IMG/VR virus record: IMGVR_UViG_3300005764_000008
Span: 1 to 41,221 of that record
DNA: 41,221 bases
From: a virus
Reading direction: 5' to 3' (one strand)
The first letter of the stretch is position 1. Every line of letters begins with the position of its first letter. Below the pieces are notes generated by a model. It searched no databases, had not been told where the DNA came from, and saw only the letters and a list, made by a program, of their open reading frames with translations. The translations under genes and the position numbers were made by a program. Of this stretch, positions 17,217 to 26,861 are shown one piece after another.

Positions 17217-19109
17217 ATGCGCCGCGCGTGGGCGATGGGACTCGGCATGTTCATGCTGATCGCCCCGGTGCGTCATCAGCAATTGCCGATGTCTGGCGCG
17301 GGCCCTGGCGCGGTCTCGGCCGGCTTCGTCGTGACGCCGACCATCACCGCCGCCAGTTGTTCGCAGACGGATGTGCAGACGGCCTTGACGGCGGCCACGG
17401 CCTCAGGATCGGTCGTGGCGATTCCGGCTGGGACGTGCCACTGGACCACGCTCGTCTCGTGGAGTGCGCCGGCGAACTCGGTGCTGGAGGGATCGGGAAC
17501 CAATACGGCGCGTGGCGGCTCGCAGCAGACCATCATCATCGACGACTACGTGAACACCTCGAAGCTGTTGGACATCACGAATGTCGTGGGCTCGTTTCGC
17601 ATCACGCAGTTGGATTTCAAGGGCGGCACCGGCAGCGGCAAAGAAAACGGCCTGATTGTGCTGAACGGCACGTCGCTGGCGACACACATCGATCATACGT
17701 ATTGGAATTTCCAGACCTACAGCGACAGCAACAACGACAGCAAAGGCGTCCGATTCGGCGGATGGCATGCGGGCGTCTACGAGAACAATCTCGTCTACAT
17801 GCCGGTCATTGCGGAATCCGTGTTCTTTACGGAAACCGATTACAACACGACCGGCACGAACAATATCGGCGATCAAGCGTGGGCCGCTGCGACAGGGTTT
17901 GGCACCAGCGATTTCGTCTTCATCGAGGACAACACGTTTTACGGCAAGAGCGGTCACGGCGGCAGCGGCTTCTTCGAGAGCGGCGTGTCAGATTGCAACA
18001 ACGCCGGGAAGTTCGTGATCCGCTACAACACGATTTATCAGGCCGGGACTGGGCAGACGCATCCCTCTGGGAGTTCGGGCGCGGCACGCGGGTGTCGGGC
18101 GCACGAGCTCTATGGGAATTCGGTGTCGCCGTTGCCGGATTTCGATCCGATCGTGGATATTCCGCCGCTGACATTTTCGTGGATGTCGAGCGGGACCGCC
18201 CTCGTCTGGGGGAACACTACGCAGGGCGCCTTCAAGGAGTTCATCCATATCGATTCGATGCGGAAGGACAACAGCACCTACGGCGAGGCGAATCAGCCGG
18301 ACGGGTTCGGCTACTGCGGCGGCCAATTCCTGACAGCGACGGTGAATACCTCTGGCACGGCGGTGACGGCGACGTCTTTTCCGAATGCGCCGGGTGGCTG
18401 GAAATTGACCGATGGCAGCGGGCCGGCCGGTCATGCGAGCGACTACCAACTCACGAACGGCGCAGCCATCAACATCAACAGCGTCAACTACACGGTCTTT
18501 AGCCTGACCGATGCGAGCCATCTCACGCTGACGAGCTCGGCTGGCACGCAAACTGGCGTGAACAGCTACGTGTATTCGCCGTGGGATGGGAATACCGATG
18601 CGACCTACGGCTATCCCTGCCTCGATGACGTCGGCCGCGGGATCGGAGATTTGCTCAATGGCGCGTCGTTCCCGAATCGCTTGAACGTGACGCAGGGCAA
18701 CATCGTGGCATGGCCGCGGCAGGCGTCGGAACCCATCTATGAGTGGAACAACACGTTCACGTCTGTGCCCGGCTGGGGCAATGACAGCAGCACGCACATT
18801 CTGCTGCAGACCGGCGGCGTTGGCGTCGGCAGTCGGTTGGTCATCAATCAGGACTACTACTCCGACGTGATGTCGGCCTCCTGCGCGCAGGGCGGCGGGG
18901 CCTGCTCGAGCGGCGTCGGCAGCGGCACACGGGCGCAGCGCCCAGCGAACTGCACGAAGGGTGTCGCCTGGTGGAGCACCGACCAGGGTGGCAACTGGAA
19001 CACGACGAACGGCTCGAGCAACGACGGCACGCTCGACCTCTGCACAGCGACGAATACGTGGACGAATGGGTGGTACGTGCCCTACACGTACCCGCATCCG
19101 CTGAGATGA
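17217..19109 (+). CDS. Right-handed beta-helix (pectate-lyase-fold-like) protein with signal/anchor-like N-terminus; candidate polysaccharide depolymerase
   Basis: N-terminus MRRAWAMGLGMFMLIAPV. CSQTDVQTALTAATASGSVVAIPAGTCHWTT is typical of secreted beta-helix proteins. Repeated G-x-N/D turns (ITQLDFKGG, FIEDNTFYG). Confidence 0.6.
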   Translation: MRRAWAMGLGMFMLIAPVRHQQLPMSGAGPGAVSAGFVVTPTITAASCSQTDVQTALTAATASGSVVAIPAGTCHWTTLVSWSAPANSVLEGSGTNTARGGSQQTIIIDDYVNTSKLLDITNVVGSFRITQLDFKGGTGSGKENGLIVLNGTSLATHIDHTYWNFQTYSDSNNDSKGVRFGGWHAGVYENNLVYMPVIAESVFFTETDYNTTGTNNIGDQAWAAATGFGTSDFVFIEDNTFYGKSGHGGSGFFESGVSDCNNAGKFVIRYNTIYQAGTGQTHPSGSSGAARGCRAHELYGNSVSPLPDFDPIVDIPPLTFSWMSSGTALVWGNTTQGAFKEFIHIDSMRKDNSTYGEANQPDGFGYCGGQFLTATVNTSGTAVTATSFPNAPGGWKLTDGSGPAGHASDYQLTNGAAININSVNYTVFSLTDASHLTLTSSAGTQTGVNSYVYSPWDGNTDATYGYPCLDDVGRGIGDLLNGASFPNRLNVTQGNIVAWPRQASEPIYEWNNTFTSVPGWGNDSSTHILLQTGGVGVGSRLVINQDYYSDVMSASCAQGGGACSSGVGSGTRAQRPANCTKGVAWWSTDQGGNWNTTNGSSNDGTLDLCTATNTWTNGWYVPYTYPHPLR

Positions 19110-19112
19110 CAC

Positions 19113-19790
19113 ATGGCCTATAGCCTGATTGCTCACCTTTCGGCCGGTCTTGGCGTCAACGGCGGCACGTCCTCCGGTATCACGACGACCGGCGCGAATC
19201 TCATCGTGCTCGTCGCCGCAGCCGATGTCAGCACGACGCTCGTCTCCGGCGACATCTCCGACAGCAAAGGCAACACCTATACGCGGACGACGAATACCTA
19301 CGGGGTGTCGACAGTACGCATTCAGACGTTCTTTGTCTTTGGGCCGACGGTCGGTGCCTCGCACACGTTTACCGTCACCAAAACCGGCGGCTCGGTGAGC
19401 ATTGGGGTGCTGGCCTTTAGCGGCGCGGTGACGAGCCCGTGGGATCTGGAAGACGGGAACGCCCTCGCCAGTGCGGCAAGCATTGCGCCTGTGACTGGCA
19501 TTACGCCCAATCAGGCTAACTCGGTGGTCGTGACCGGCGTCGGCGCGGATACCGGTTCGCTCTCAATCACGACGCCAAGCGGCTTCACGCAGCCGGATGC
19601 GACCATTCAGGCGGGTGCCGGACAGTATGGTCTCGCGGTCGCCTACCAGATTCAGACTTCCGCCGCGTTCACGCAACCCTCGTGGGGGACGACGCCCAAT
19701 AGTGGCCTAGCGACCCATGTGACGGATTTCAAGGCGGCGGCGGCTGGCGGCGGCACGACTGGCAAAATCCTCGTGCTGGGAGTCGGCTGA
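19113..19790 (+). CDS. Hypothetical beta-rich protein
   Basis: 225-aa G/T/S/A-rich ORF adjacent to the beta-helix gene. Its stop overlaps the next ATG. Confidence 0.6.
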   Translation: MAYSLIAHLSAGLGVNGGTSSGITTTGANLIVLVAAADVSTTLVSGDISDSKGNTYTRTTNTYGVSTVRIQTFFVFGPTVGASHTFTVTKTGGSVSIGVLAFSGAVTSPWDLEDGNALASAASIAPVTGITPNQANSVVVTGVGADTGSLSITTPSGFTQPDATIQAGAGQYGLAVAYQIQTSAAFTQPSWGTTPNSGLATHVTDFKAAAAGGGTTGKILVLGVG

Positions 19791-21238
19791 TGCCGCCCTA
19801 TCCTGGCTTTCTCGGCCCGACGTATCAATCCGCCAGCCAGATGGCCGATCAGGAACGGCTCATCAACTGGATGCTCGAGCCGAACGAATCGCCGTCCGCG
19901 CCGAATCCCTACGTCATGCTTCCGACGCCTGGTTTCACGACGCTGATTACCGTCGACCAGACGCCGATTCGCGCGCTGCAGGAATACGGCGGGCGCGTGT
20001 TTTTCGTGGCTGGCAGCGTGCTCTACGAGCTCACCAGCGCCGGGTTCAACGTCTGGGTGGCGATCAATCGCGGGTCGGTCACCGTCGATGCAAATCCGGC
20101 GACGATTTCATGGAACGGGCCGGCTGGGAACGAGCTGTTCATCACGTCCGGCGGTGTCGGCTATGGCTATGACCTCGGGACGAATACGCTGACGACTGTG
20201 CTCGCGTCTGGCGCAACGATGGGTGCGTATCTCTCGAATCGGTTCCTCGCGCTCGATGCGACGACCGGAACGCTGCAAGCGTCGAACCTGCTCAGCACGA
20301 CGTTCAATCCGTCCATGATCGTGCAGCGCAGTGCCGCGCCGGATCCATGGGTGTCGATGTCCGTCATCCACAACGAAATCTGGCTGTGGGGCGCACGGAC
20401 CGGCGAAGTCTGGTATGACGCGGGTGCGTTCCCGTTCCCGTTCGAGGCGATTCCGGGCGCCGTCTTCGAGCAGGGCATCGCGGCGCCATTCTCCGCCACA
20501 CGCAACGGTTCGCCGCTCCAGTGGATTGGCCAGAACAATCAGGGCACGCGCGTCGTCTGGCAGGCGAACGGTTACCAGCCGCAACGGGTCAGCACGCACG
20601 GTATCGAGCAGATGCTCGCGTCGTTCTCGACCGTCAACGACTGCGTCTCGTTCACCTATCAGCAGCGCGGGCATGTCTTCTACGTGCCGGTCTTCGGGCT
20701 CGCGCAGCAGGCGTTCCACTGGGATACGACGCTTGGACCGGCCGGGTGGGGCGAGCGGCTCTTCTGGAATACGACGACGGCTAGTTGGGAAGCCCTGCAC
20801 GTTTCGACCTACACTTACGGCTTCGAGCGGCATCTCGTCGGAGACCGCCTCACCGGCAAGATTTACCAGATGGATCCGTCGTTCTACACCGACGTCGACG
20901 GCAACGGGATGCGTCGGATGCGACAGCCGCCACGGCTCGCGCAGGAACAGAAGCGCGTCTTCTATAGCCGCCTGCAGCTCGTGATGGACGTCGGCATTGG
21001 GCTCAGCACTGGGCAGGGCACCGACCCGCAGGTCATGCTGCAGTCGTCGAACGATGGCGGCAAGACGTTCGGCAATGAACGCTGGGTCTCGGCTGGTCCG
21101 ATCGGGAAGTGGGGCACGCGCGTGGTCTGGCGACGGCTCGGCTCGGCGCGGAATCGCGTCGATCGCTTCGTGGTCAGCGATCCCGTGCCATTTCGGATTG
21201 TGGATGCGGTGCTCGATTATGCGCCGGGCGTCTCATGA
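19790..21238 (+). CDS. P22 gp10-like tail hub / packaged-DNA stabilisation protein
   Basis: N-terminal GPTYQSASQMADQERLINWMLE. The C-terminal SSNDGGKTFGNERWVSAGPIGKWGTRVVWRRLGSARNRVDRF parallels the P22 gp10 C-terminus (TTDGINYGRE...RVLWKRVGRIRR). Confidence 0.65.
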   Translation: MPPYPGFLGPTYQSASQMADQERLINWMLEPNESPSAPNPYVMLPTPGFTTLITVDQTPIRALQEYGGRVFFVAGSVLYELTSAGFNVWVAINRGSVTVDANPATISWNGPAGNELFITSGGVGYGYDLGTNTLTTVLASGATMGAYLSNRFLALDATTGTLQASNLLSTTFNPSMIVQRSAAPDPWVSMSVIHNEIWLWGARTGEVWYDAGAFPFPFEAIPGAVFEQGIAAPFSATRNGSPLQWIGQNNQGTRVVWQANGYQPQRVSTHGIEQMLASFSTVNDCVSFTYQQRGHVFYVPVFGLAQQAFHWDTTLGPAGWGERLFWNTTTASWEALHVSTYTYGFERHLVGDRLTGKIYQMDPSFYTDVDGNGMRRMRQPPRLAQEQKRVFYSRLQLVMDVGIGLSTGQGTDPQVMLQSSNDGGKTFGNERWVSAGPIGKWGTRVVWRRLGSARNRVDRFVVSDPVPFRIVDAVLDYAPGVS

Positions 21239-21516
21239 TCGCGCCGCCCCCGTTCCGCACGCCGATCGTGGATATCAAGTCCGGCTTCATCAATCAGCCG
21301 GTCTGGGTGCGCTGGTTGACGGCTGTGCTACAAATAGTCAATCAGCAAGAGGGCGCGAGTCTGACGGCGAATCTGCCCGCCAATCCGGTCGTCGGCATGA
21401 TTGTGGCCGTCAGCGACTCGACAACGACGACGTGGGGCGCGACGATTGCCGGCGGCGGCACGAATGCGGTCCTTGGCTGGTGGAATGGCGCAAATTGGAC
21501 GGTGATTGGGAAATGA
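21235..21516 (+). CDS. Small tail-associated hypothetical protein
   Basis: ATGA overlaps at both ends. Ends in WGATIAGGGTNAVLGWWNGANWTVIG, which is reminiscent of fibre-associated W-G-W motifs. Confidence 0.55.
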   Translation: MIAPPPFRTPIVDIKSGFINQPVWVRWLTAVLQIVNQQEGASLTANLPANPVVGMIVAVSDSTTTTWGATIAGGGTNAVLGWWNGANWTVIGK

Positions 21517-21884
21517 CGCGACGGATTCTGCCACACGACGAATGGCCGAAACTGGCCGGCACCGCGCTCGAGGCCGTTTGGCCACTCCTGCCGCCCGAAC
21601 GCACGTCGATTCTCGTGGTCGAGGACGAGGAGACCATCATCGGGTGCTGGGCGTTCCTGTGGGCACTCCATGCCGAAGGCGTCTGGGTGCATCCGGCGCA
21701 TCAGGGGAAGTCGGCCGTCGCGCGGCACCTGCTGCACGGACTGAAGGACGTGGCCGGCAGTCTCGGCGCGGGCGCAGTCGTGACGTCCGCCGTCGATCCG
21801 GGCGTGGCGGCGATGCTCGAGCAGCTCGGCGCCGAACCGTTCCCGCAGAGTTACACCTTGGCCGTGGCGAAAGGGGTGCATTGA
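21513..21884 (+). CDS. Minimal GNAT-family N-acetyltransferase-like protein (123 aa)
   Basis: ILVVEDEETIIGCWAF ... LHAEGVWVHPAHQGKSAVARHLLHGL fits GNAT beta4 / motif A (Q/R-x-x-G-x-G/A-like). Confidence 0.55.
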   Translation: MTRRILPHDEWPKLAGTALEAVWPLLPPERTSILVVEDEETIIGCWAFLWALHAEGVWVHPAHQGKSAVARHLLHGLKDVAGSLGAGAVVTSAVDPGVAAMLEQLGAEPFPQSYTLAVAKGVH

Positions 21885-22357
21885 TGCCGGCTGCAGTGGC
21901 TGTGCCGTTGATTCTGGGCGCAGGATCGGCGGCGACGAGTCTCATTGGCGCGAAAATGCAGTCGGGAGCGGCGAAGTCGGCCGCGCAGACACAGGCCGCG
22001 TCTGTTGACAAGGCGCAGCAGTTCGCGCAGCAGGCGTTTCAGCAGCAGCAGGCGGCGCTGAGCCCCTACCGGCAGGCAGGACAGGCCGCACTCGCGTCCC
22101 TGATGGCGCGGCAGTATGGCGGCTCGCCAGCCGCCTACATGCCGCCCCAAGGCTACGGTGTGCCGCCCCAGATGCGAATGCCGCAGGGCGTCGGCCTCGG
22201 GACGCTTGGCGCCACGGCGCCGAATCCTGGCATGGCGAACCTGAATCCGGCGGCGATTGCCGCGCGGAACATCCCGCCTGGCGTCATCGGCGGACTGCCG
22301 CAACCGCCCGTGTCGTCTGACGTGATGGCGATGGCCCGCGCCCGCGGAGTTTACTGA
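21884..22357 (+). CDS. Internal virion / ejection-type protein (A/Q/P/G-rich)
   Basis: Hydrophobic N-terminus AVAVPLILGAGSAATSLIGA followed by Q-rich sequence. Position after the hub gene. Confidence 0.55.
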   Translation: MPAAVAVPLILGAGSAATSLIGAKMQSGAAKSAAQTQAASVDKAQQFAQQAFQQQQAALSPYRQAGQAALASLMARQYGGSPAAYMPPQGYGVPPQMRMPQGVGLGTLGATAPNPGMANLNPAAIAARNIPPGVIGGLPQPPVSSDVMAMARARGVY

Positions 22358-22358
22358 G

Positions 22359-24287
22359 ATGTATCCTGGCGCACAGTGGAGGCAGCAGCAGCGCCCCTAT
22401 AGCGGCGGTCCGATGGCGATGCCTCAGACGGGCTGGAATCAGATGGCCCAACCGCAAGGGACGGGTCTCGGTTCCATCGGCCAGCCGATGTCCGGCGGCA
22501 CCGCACAGACTCCAGGCGGCGTCCCCGGTGGTGGCGAGTTCAAGCCGGAGAATTGGCAGCAGATGTATACAATGGGCAGCGGATTCGCCGCCCAGCCGAC
22601 ACAGCAGCCACAAGCGCCCGGCGGCGGCAGCGCGAGTGGGCCGGCGTGGACGAACGATCCCCAGTTCGCCAACATGGATCCACGGCTGAAGCAGGTGTTT
22701 CTCGAGAGCGGCCAGACGCCGACCGGCCGCGGATCTGGCAACACCGATTGGCAATACTGGCAAGACAAGATGCGCACCGGAGATGCGAACTACTTCCTAG
22801 GGCGCCTGTCGTCCGATTTCAGCGGCGGCGGTCCCGACACCGGGCGTAGCGGGGGCGGCGGCATTGGGCTCGGATCGATGCCGTTCCCGGTCGAGAATTT
22901 CAGCGGCCATATGCAGATGCCCCAGGCCACATCGACGGGGAGCAGTGGCAGCGGTCAAGGTCCGGCGCCGACCTCGGCTGGTGTGGATCCGTTTGCCGCC
23001 AGCGGGGGCGGTGTCTATTACCCGAATACGGGTCAGTGGGTGCCGAAGAACAACGCGCCAGCCCAGCAGGCGGCAGCTGCCGCCAATGGCGGCCCTGGAC
23101 AGCCCGGAGGCACCACGGGCGAAGCACCGGCCGGCGGTAGCACCACGCCCGGGCAACCGTCGACGCCCTCGGCACCGGCCACATCGACCGCTGGGAACTT
23201 CTCGTTTACGCCCATGACGGCGCCGGGCGACATCACGCCACAAACCACGACGGCGCCCGATGCGTTGACGCTGGATCGGCTCGCTACCCCGTCGCAATTT
23301 CAGGGCCTCACGGCGGCCGAACTGCAGCAGGATCCGTCGTATCAGTTCCGCCTCGACCAGACGCTCGGCGCGATGCAGAATCAGGCCGCCGCGAAAGGGC
23401 TCCTGCATTCCACAAATACAGTGCAGGCGCTCGGAGACACGGCTGGCCAGATGGCCTCGCAGGAGTATGCCGCGGCCAATCAGCGGAAGCTGGACGCCTA
23501 CAATACGAACCTGCAAGCGAATCTCGCCACAACGCAAGCGAACAATGCCGCCGCCGCGCAAGCCTACGGAATGACGAATCAGTTCGGGCAAGCGGCGCAG
23601 CAGTTCAACGCCGGCCAGAACCTCGCCGCACAGCAGTTCAACAATCAGCAGGCGCTGGCGGCCAACCAGCAGGCATATCAGCAAGGGCTCAACGCCTACA
23701 ACGCGAATCTCCAAGCGGAGCTCGGCCGCGGCCAACTCGGCGTCAGTCAGGGTCAGTTGGCGCTCGGCAACCGCGAAGCCGACATCAACCGCGAGCTCGG
23801 GCTCGGCAACATCAATCTCGGCTACACGCGCGCCGCGAACGACCTGACGCTGGGACAGGGGCAACTCGCGCTCGGCAATCGCAACGCCGACATTTCGCAG
23901 CAACTCGGGCTGGGGAATATCGGGCTCGGCTACTACCAAGCCGGAAACGCTTACAATCTCGGGCTCGGCAACCAGCAACTCGGGTGGGCGAACTTCGGCC
24001 TCGGGGCCGACCAGCAGCAGTTCAATCAAGGCTACTCGCTGGCGAACATGGGGCTCCAAGCGGCGGGGCAATACGGCAACTACGCCGGTCAATACGGCAA
24101 CGAAGCCGGGAACCTCGCGACGCAGGCGGGCAATGCCAATGCCGCCGGGCAGGTCGGGTCTGCGAATGCGTGGGCGGGCGGACTGGGGAATCTGTCGAAC
24201 GCGGCGCTCGCGGGCTACGGAATGTATCAGCCATCGCCCTATACCGCGCCGCCGCCCGGCTATGCGGCGCCGATGGGATGGTCGTAA
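22359..24287 (+). CDS. Large Q/N/G/A-rich internal virion (ejection-type) protein with an internal 36-aa duplication
   Basis: 642 aa of low-complexity sequence. The unit GQLALGNR.ADI...LGLGNI.LGY is repeated at 23751 and 23859. Confidence 0.6.
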   Translation: MYPGAQWRQQQRPYSGGPMAMPQTGWNQMAQPQGTGLGSIGQPMSGGTAQTPGGVPGGGEFKPENWQQMYTMGSGFAAQPTQQPQAPGGGSASGPAWTNDPQFANMDPRLKQVFLESGQTPTGRGSGNTDWQYWQDKMRTGDANYFLGRLSSDFSGGGPDTGRSGGGGIGLGSMPFPVENFSGHMQMPQATSTGSSGSGQGPAPTSAGVDPFAASGGGVYYPNTGQWVPKNNAPAQQAAAAANGGPGQPGGTTGEAPAGGSTTPGQPSTPSAPATSTAGNFSFTPMTAPGDITPQTTTAPDALTLDRLATPSQFQGLTAAELQQDPSYQFRLDQTLGAMQNQAAAKGLLHSTNTVQALGDTAGQMASQEYAAANQRKLDAYNTNLQANLATTQANNAAAAQAYGMTNQFGQAAQQFNAGQNLAAQQFNNQQALAANQQAYQQGLNAYNANLQAELGRGQLGVSQGQLALGNREADINRELGLGNINLGYTRAANDLTLGQGQLALGNRNADISQQLGLGNIGLGYYQAGNAYNLGLGNQQLGWANFGLGADQQQFNQGYSLANMGLQAAGQYGNYAGQYGNEAGNLATQAGNANAAGQVGSANAWAGGLGNLSNAALAGYGMYQPSPYTAPPPGYAAPMGWS

Positions 24288-25937
24288 ATGCCGATTGATC
24301 CGTCGATTCCGCTCGGCGTGCGCCCAGTACAGTTGCCGAATCCGCTGGAGACGATGCAGCAGATTCAACAGATGCGCATCCAACGCGAGAATGCCGCGCT
24401 GCTCGAACAGGAACGGCAAGCGCGCACCGCCGAACTCCAGCAGAACGAACAGAAAGTCGCGGAAGCCAATCGCGCGCATCAGTCGTTCATTACGGCGCTC
24501 CAGAACGGGCAAAACGTGCGCGGCGCGTCGATGGATTATGCGACGATCCATGACCCGTCGGCGCTCCCGCTGTTGCAGGATCACTTCGACAAGATGGACG
24601 AGAGTGCGGCGAAAATCAAGCAACTCCAGACTGATGTTGCGACGAAAACTGACGCGCTCAATAATGCCTATCTCGATCACATCGGCACCATCGCGGAGGA
24701 TTCGCTGAAGTATGCGAATGGCGATCCGGTCAAATTGCAATCCGCCTTGACCATCGCGGCGAAGCATTACGGCGAACAGTTTCCGGCAGAAAAGGCCCGT
24801 GCCGATCAGATGCTCTCGGGCATGCTCGCGTTGCCTCCGGACCAGTTGATGGCGAGCACGACGCAATTGCGCAACGCCTCGCCGTCCTATCAGAAGAAAC
24901 AGGAAGCGCTGGAAAAACCGGTCACACTTGCGCCCGGTGCCTCGCTCGTGTCGCCTGAGACCGGCAAGACGCTCGTGACGGCGTCAGAACGGCCGTCGTT
25001 ACAGTCGAAAGATGTCATGCTCGACGGGAAGCGTGCCATCGCGAACTTCGACCCGCATACGGGGAAATACACAGATGCCTCTGGGCAGGATGTGTCGGCG
25101 CGTGTAACACCGATTCCGCCCGCGTCGCTCATCATCAACGAGCAGCGACAGCAAGCGCCGACGATGCCAGAGTTCGCGATGACGGATGCGCGTCCGGTTG
25201 GGGTCGAAGGAAACAAGCCCGATCCGACGATTCGCATGACGCCGAACGGGCTCTACCAGGCGGCACAGAACTTCATTATGGCGGGCGTCTATCCGCCGAC
25301 TGGGCGCGGCACCGACCCGATTTCTGTGTCGCAGCGCGAAGCCATCAATGCGAAAGTCGGCGCGATTGCTGCGGCGGCTGGCATGGACGTGCCGACGCTT
25401 CGCGCGTTCTACAAATCGAATGCCGCGAGTCTGGCGCAGACCCAGAAATCGGCAGATGCCGTGCAAGCGTTCATGGCAACGGCTGATAAGAATGCCGATC
25501 TTTTGCGCACGGCCATCACGAAGATCCCTGACAGTGGAATTCCACTCTTGAATCAGCCGCTGCGGTCTTTCCAGAAAAACATCGCTGGCGATCCGAAAAT
25601 GTCTAGCGTTTCAACCTATCTACAATCGGTGCAGACGGAATACGCTCGCATCATTGCGCAGCCGAATCTGAGTGGACAACTCACCGATACTGCGCGCAAA
25701 GAAGTCGAAACCATTTTGGATCCGAAATCGACGGTTCAACAGATGATCGCGTCATTAGATGCACTGAACGCGGAAGGACACAATCGTCTGATTTCTCTCG
25801 GCGATCAGATTCAACGCATTGGCATGCGGATGCAGGGTGGAACTCAGCCTCCGGCGGCAAGCGGTTCCACACCTAAAGCGCCTCCTGCGAATGAAACGCC
25901 AGAACAACGGCTCCGTCGGCTGAGTAGCGGAGGATAA
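24288..25937 (+). CDS. Internal virion (ejection-type) protein
   Basis: 549-aa helical Q/A-rich ORF starting one base after the previous stop. Confidence 0.6.
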   Translation: MPIDPSIPLGVRPVQLPNPLETMQQIQQMRIQRENAALLEQERQARTAELQQNEQKVAEANRAHQSFITALQNGQNVRGASMDYATIHDPSALPLLQDHFDKMDESAAKIKQLQTDVATKTDALNNAYLDHIGTIAEDSLKYANGDPVKLQSALTIAAKHYGEQFPAEKARADQMLSGMLALPPDQLMASTTQLRNASPSYQKKQEALEKPVTLAPGASLVSPETGKTLVTASERPSLQSKDVMLDGKRAIANFDPHTGKYTDASGQDVSARVTPIPPASLIINEQRQQAPTMPEFAMTDARPVGVEGNKPDPTIRMTPNGLYQAAQNFIMAGVYPPTGRGTDPISVSQREAINAKVGAIAAAAGMDVPTLRAFYKSNAASLAQTQKSADAVQAFMATADKNADLLRTAITKIPDSGIPLLNQPLRSFQKNIAGDPKMSSVSTYLQSVQTEYARIIAQPNLSGQLTDTARKEVETILDPKSTVQQMIASLDALNAEGHNRLISLGDQIQRIGMRMQGGTQPPAASGSTPKAPPANETPEQRLRRLSSGG

Positions 25938-26861
25938 ATGCCGCTCTCCCGTGACGATTTGATTCGCAAGATGATCGCCGAAGGCACGAGCGACGACGAT
26001 ATTCGTGCGACGTTGAAAGTCTACGACGCGCAACAGCCGACATCAGCGCCGGCCTCGTCGTCGGTGGGCAGCACGGCGAAAGATGTCGGCATTGGTGTCC
26101 TCAAAGGCGCGGGGTCAACGCTCTCGAATCTCGCTGAAATGGGATCCTTCATCGTGCCAGGCGCCATGCCGTCTGTCGTCGCGCCAGGATTTCAGCGTCC
26201 GATGTTTACGAAGGCCGATGAACTCACAACGGCGAGCAATACCGCGCAACGTGTCGGGAAGGTCGCAGAAGGCGTGGCAGAACTCGCCGTGCCTGCCACT
26301 GCGGCCGTCAAGACTGGGTTGAAAGCGATTCCAAGCGCGACGGCAGCGAAAGAAGGATTTCAGGCGGTCATGGGGGCGGCGAAAGATATCCCGGTGAACT
26401 TGGCCGAACCGGGGGATGTCGCCTTGCGTATTGCCGACCTCGCGCAACGTGGCGGCGGCACGAATTTCGGCCCCGGCCCTGTGCGCCAGTTTGTGCAATG
26501 GGCCACCGACCCGAAGAAAGCGCCGATGACGTATGAAGTGGCGCGCGATTTCGCGAGCAATATCAGTCGGCTTTCGGCCGATGAGATGAGCCGATTGTCG
26601 CCCGCCATGAAATACGAACTCGGCAACTTGCGCGTCACGCTCAATAAAGCCGTCGGCGAGGCTGCGGCCCAAGCGGGGAAAGGCGCCGAATACGCGCAGG
26701 CGATGAACGAATACGCCAAAGCGATGCGGTTCCGCGATGCAATGGCGAGCGTAGTGCAAGGCGCCCAGCAGGCGATTCCTTATGTCGCGAAAGGCCTCGG
26801 CCTCGGCGCGGGCGGATCGGCCGCGTATTGGGCATGGCGGAATCTTGGCGGAGGAGAGTAA
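25938..26861 (+). CDS. Internal virion (ejection-type) protein
   Basis: 307 aa, A/G-rich, with a hydrophobic C-terminal segment (GLGLGAGGSAAYWAW). Confidence 0.6.
   Translation: MPLSRDDLIRKMIAEGTSDDDIRATLKVYDAQQPTSAPASSSVGSTAKDVGIGVLKGAGSTLSNLAEMGSFIVPGAMPSVVAPGFQRPMFTKADELTTASNTAQRVGKVAEGVAELAVPATAAVKTGLKAIPSATAAKEGFQAVMGAAKDIPVNLAEPGDVALRIADLAQRGGGTNFGPGPVRQFVQWATDPKKAPMTYEVARDFASNISRLSADEMSRLSPAMKYELGNLRVTLNKAVGEAAAQAGKGAEYAQAMNEYAKAMRFRDAMASVVQGAQQAIPYVAKGLGLGAGGSAAYWAWRNLGGGE

Noticed and set aside
22359-24287. The 642-aa low-complexity protein as a tape measure, which would imply a long-tailed phage.
   Set aside because: There are no tail tube, sheath, chaperone-frameshift or baseplate genes nearby. 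The neighbours are a gp10-like hub and other internal-protein-like genes, which fits podovirus ejection proteins better.
22797-24866. Very long antisense ORF (689 aa). Similar antisense or alternative-frame ORFs occur at 17988-19364, 26115-27245, 30904-31980, 15107-16159, 9235-10170, 20108-20833 and 4661-5320.
   Set aside because: All lie opposite, or out of frame with, genes that carry clear motifs or fit the tightly coupled operon structure. Their translations are Arg/Pro/Gly-rich with no motifs, which is the usual by-product of GC-rich DNA where stops are rare.
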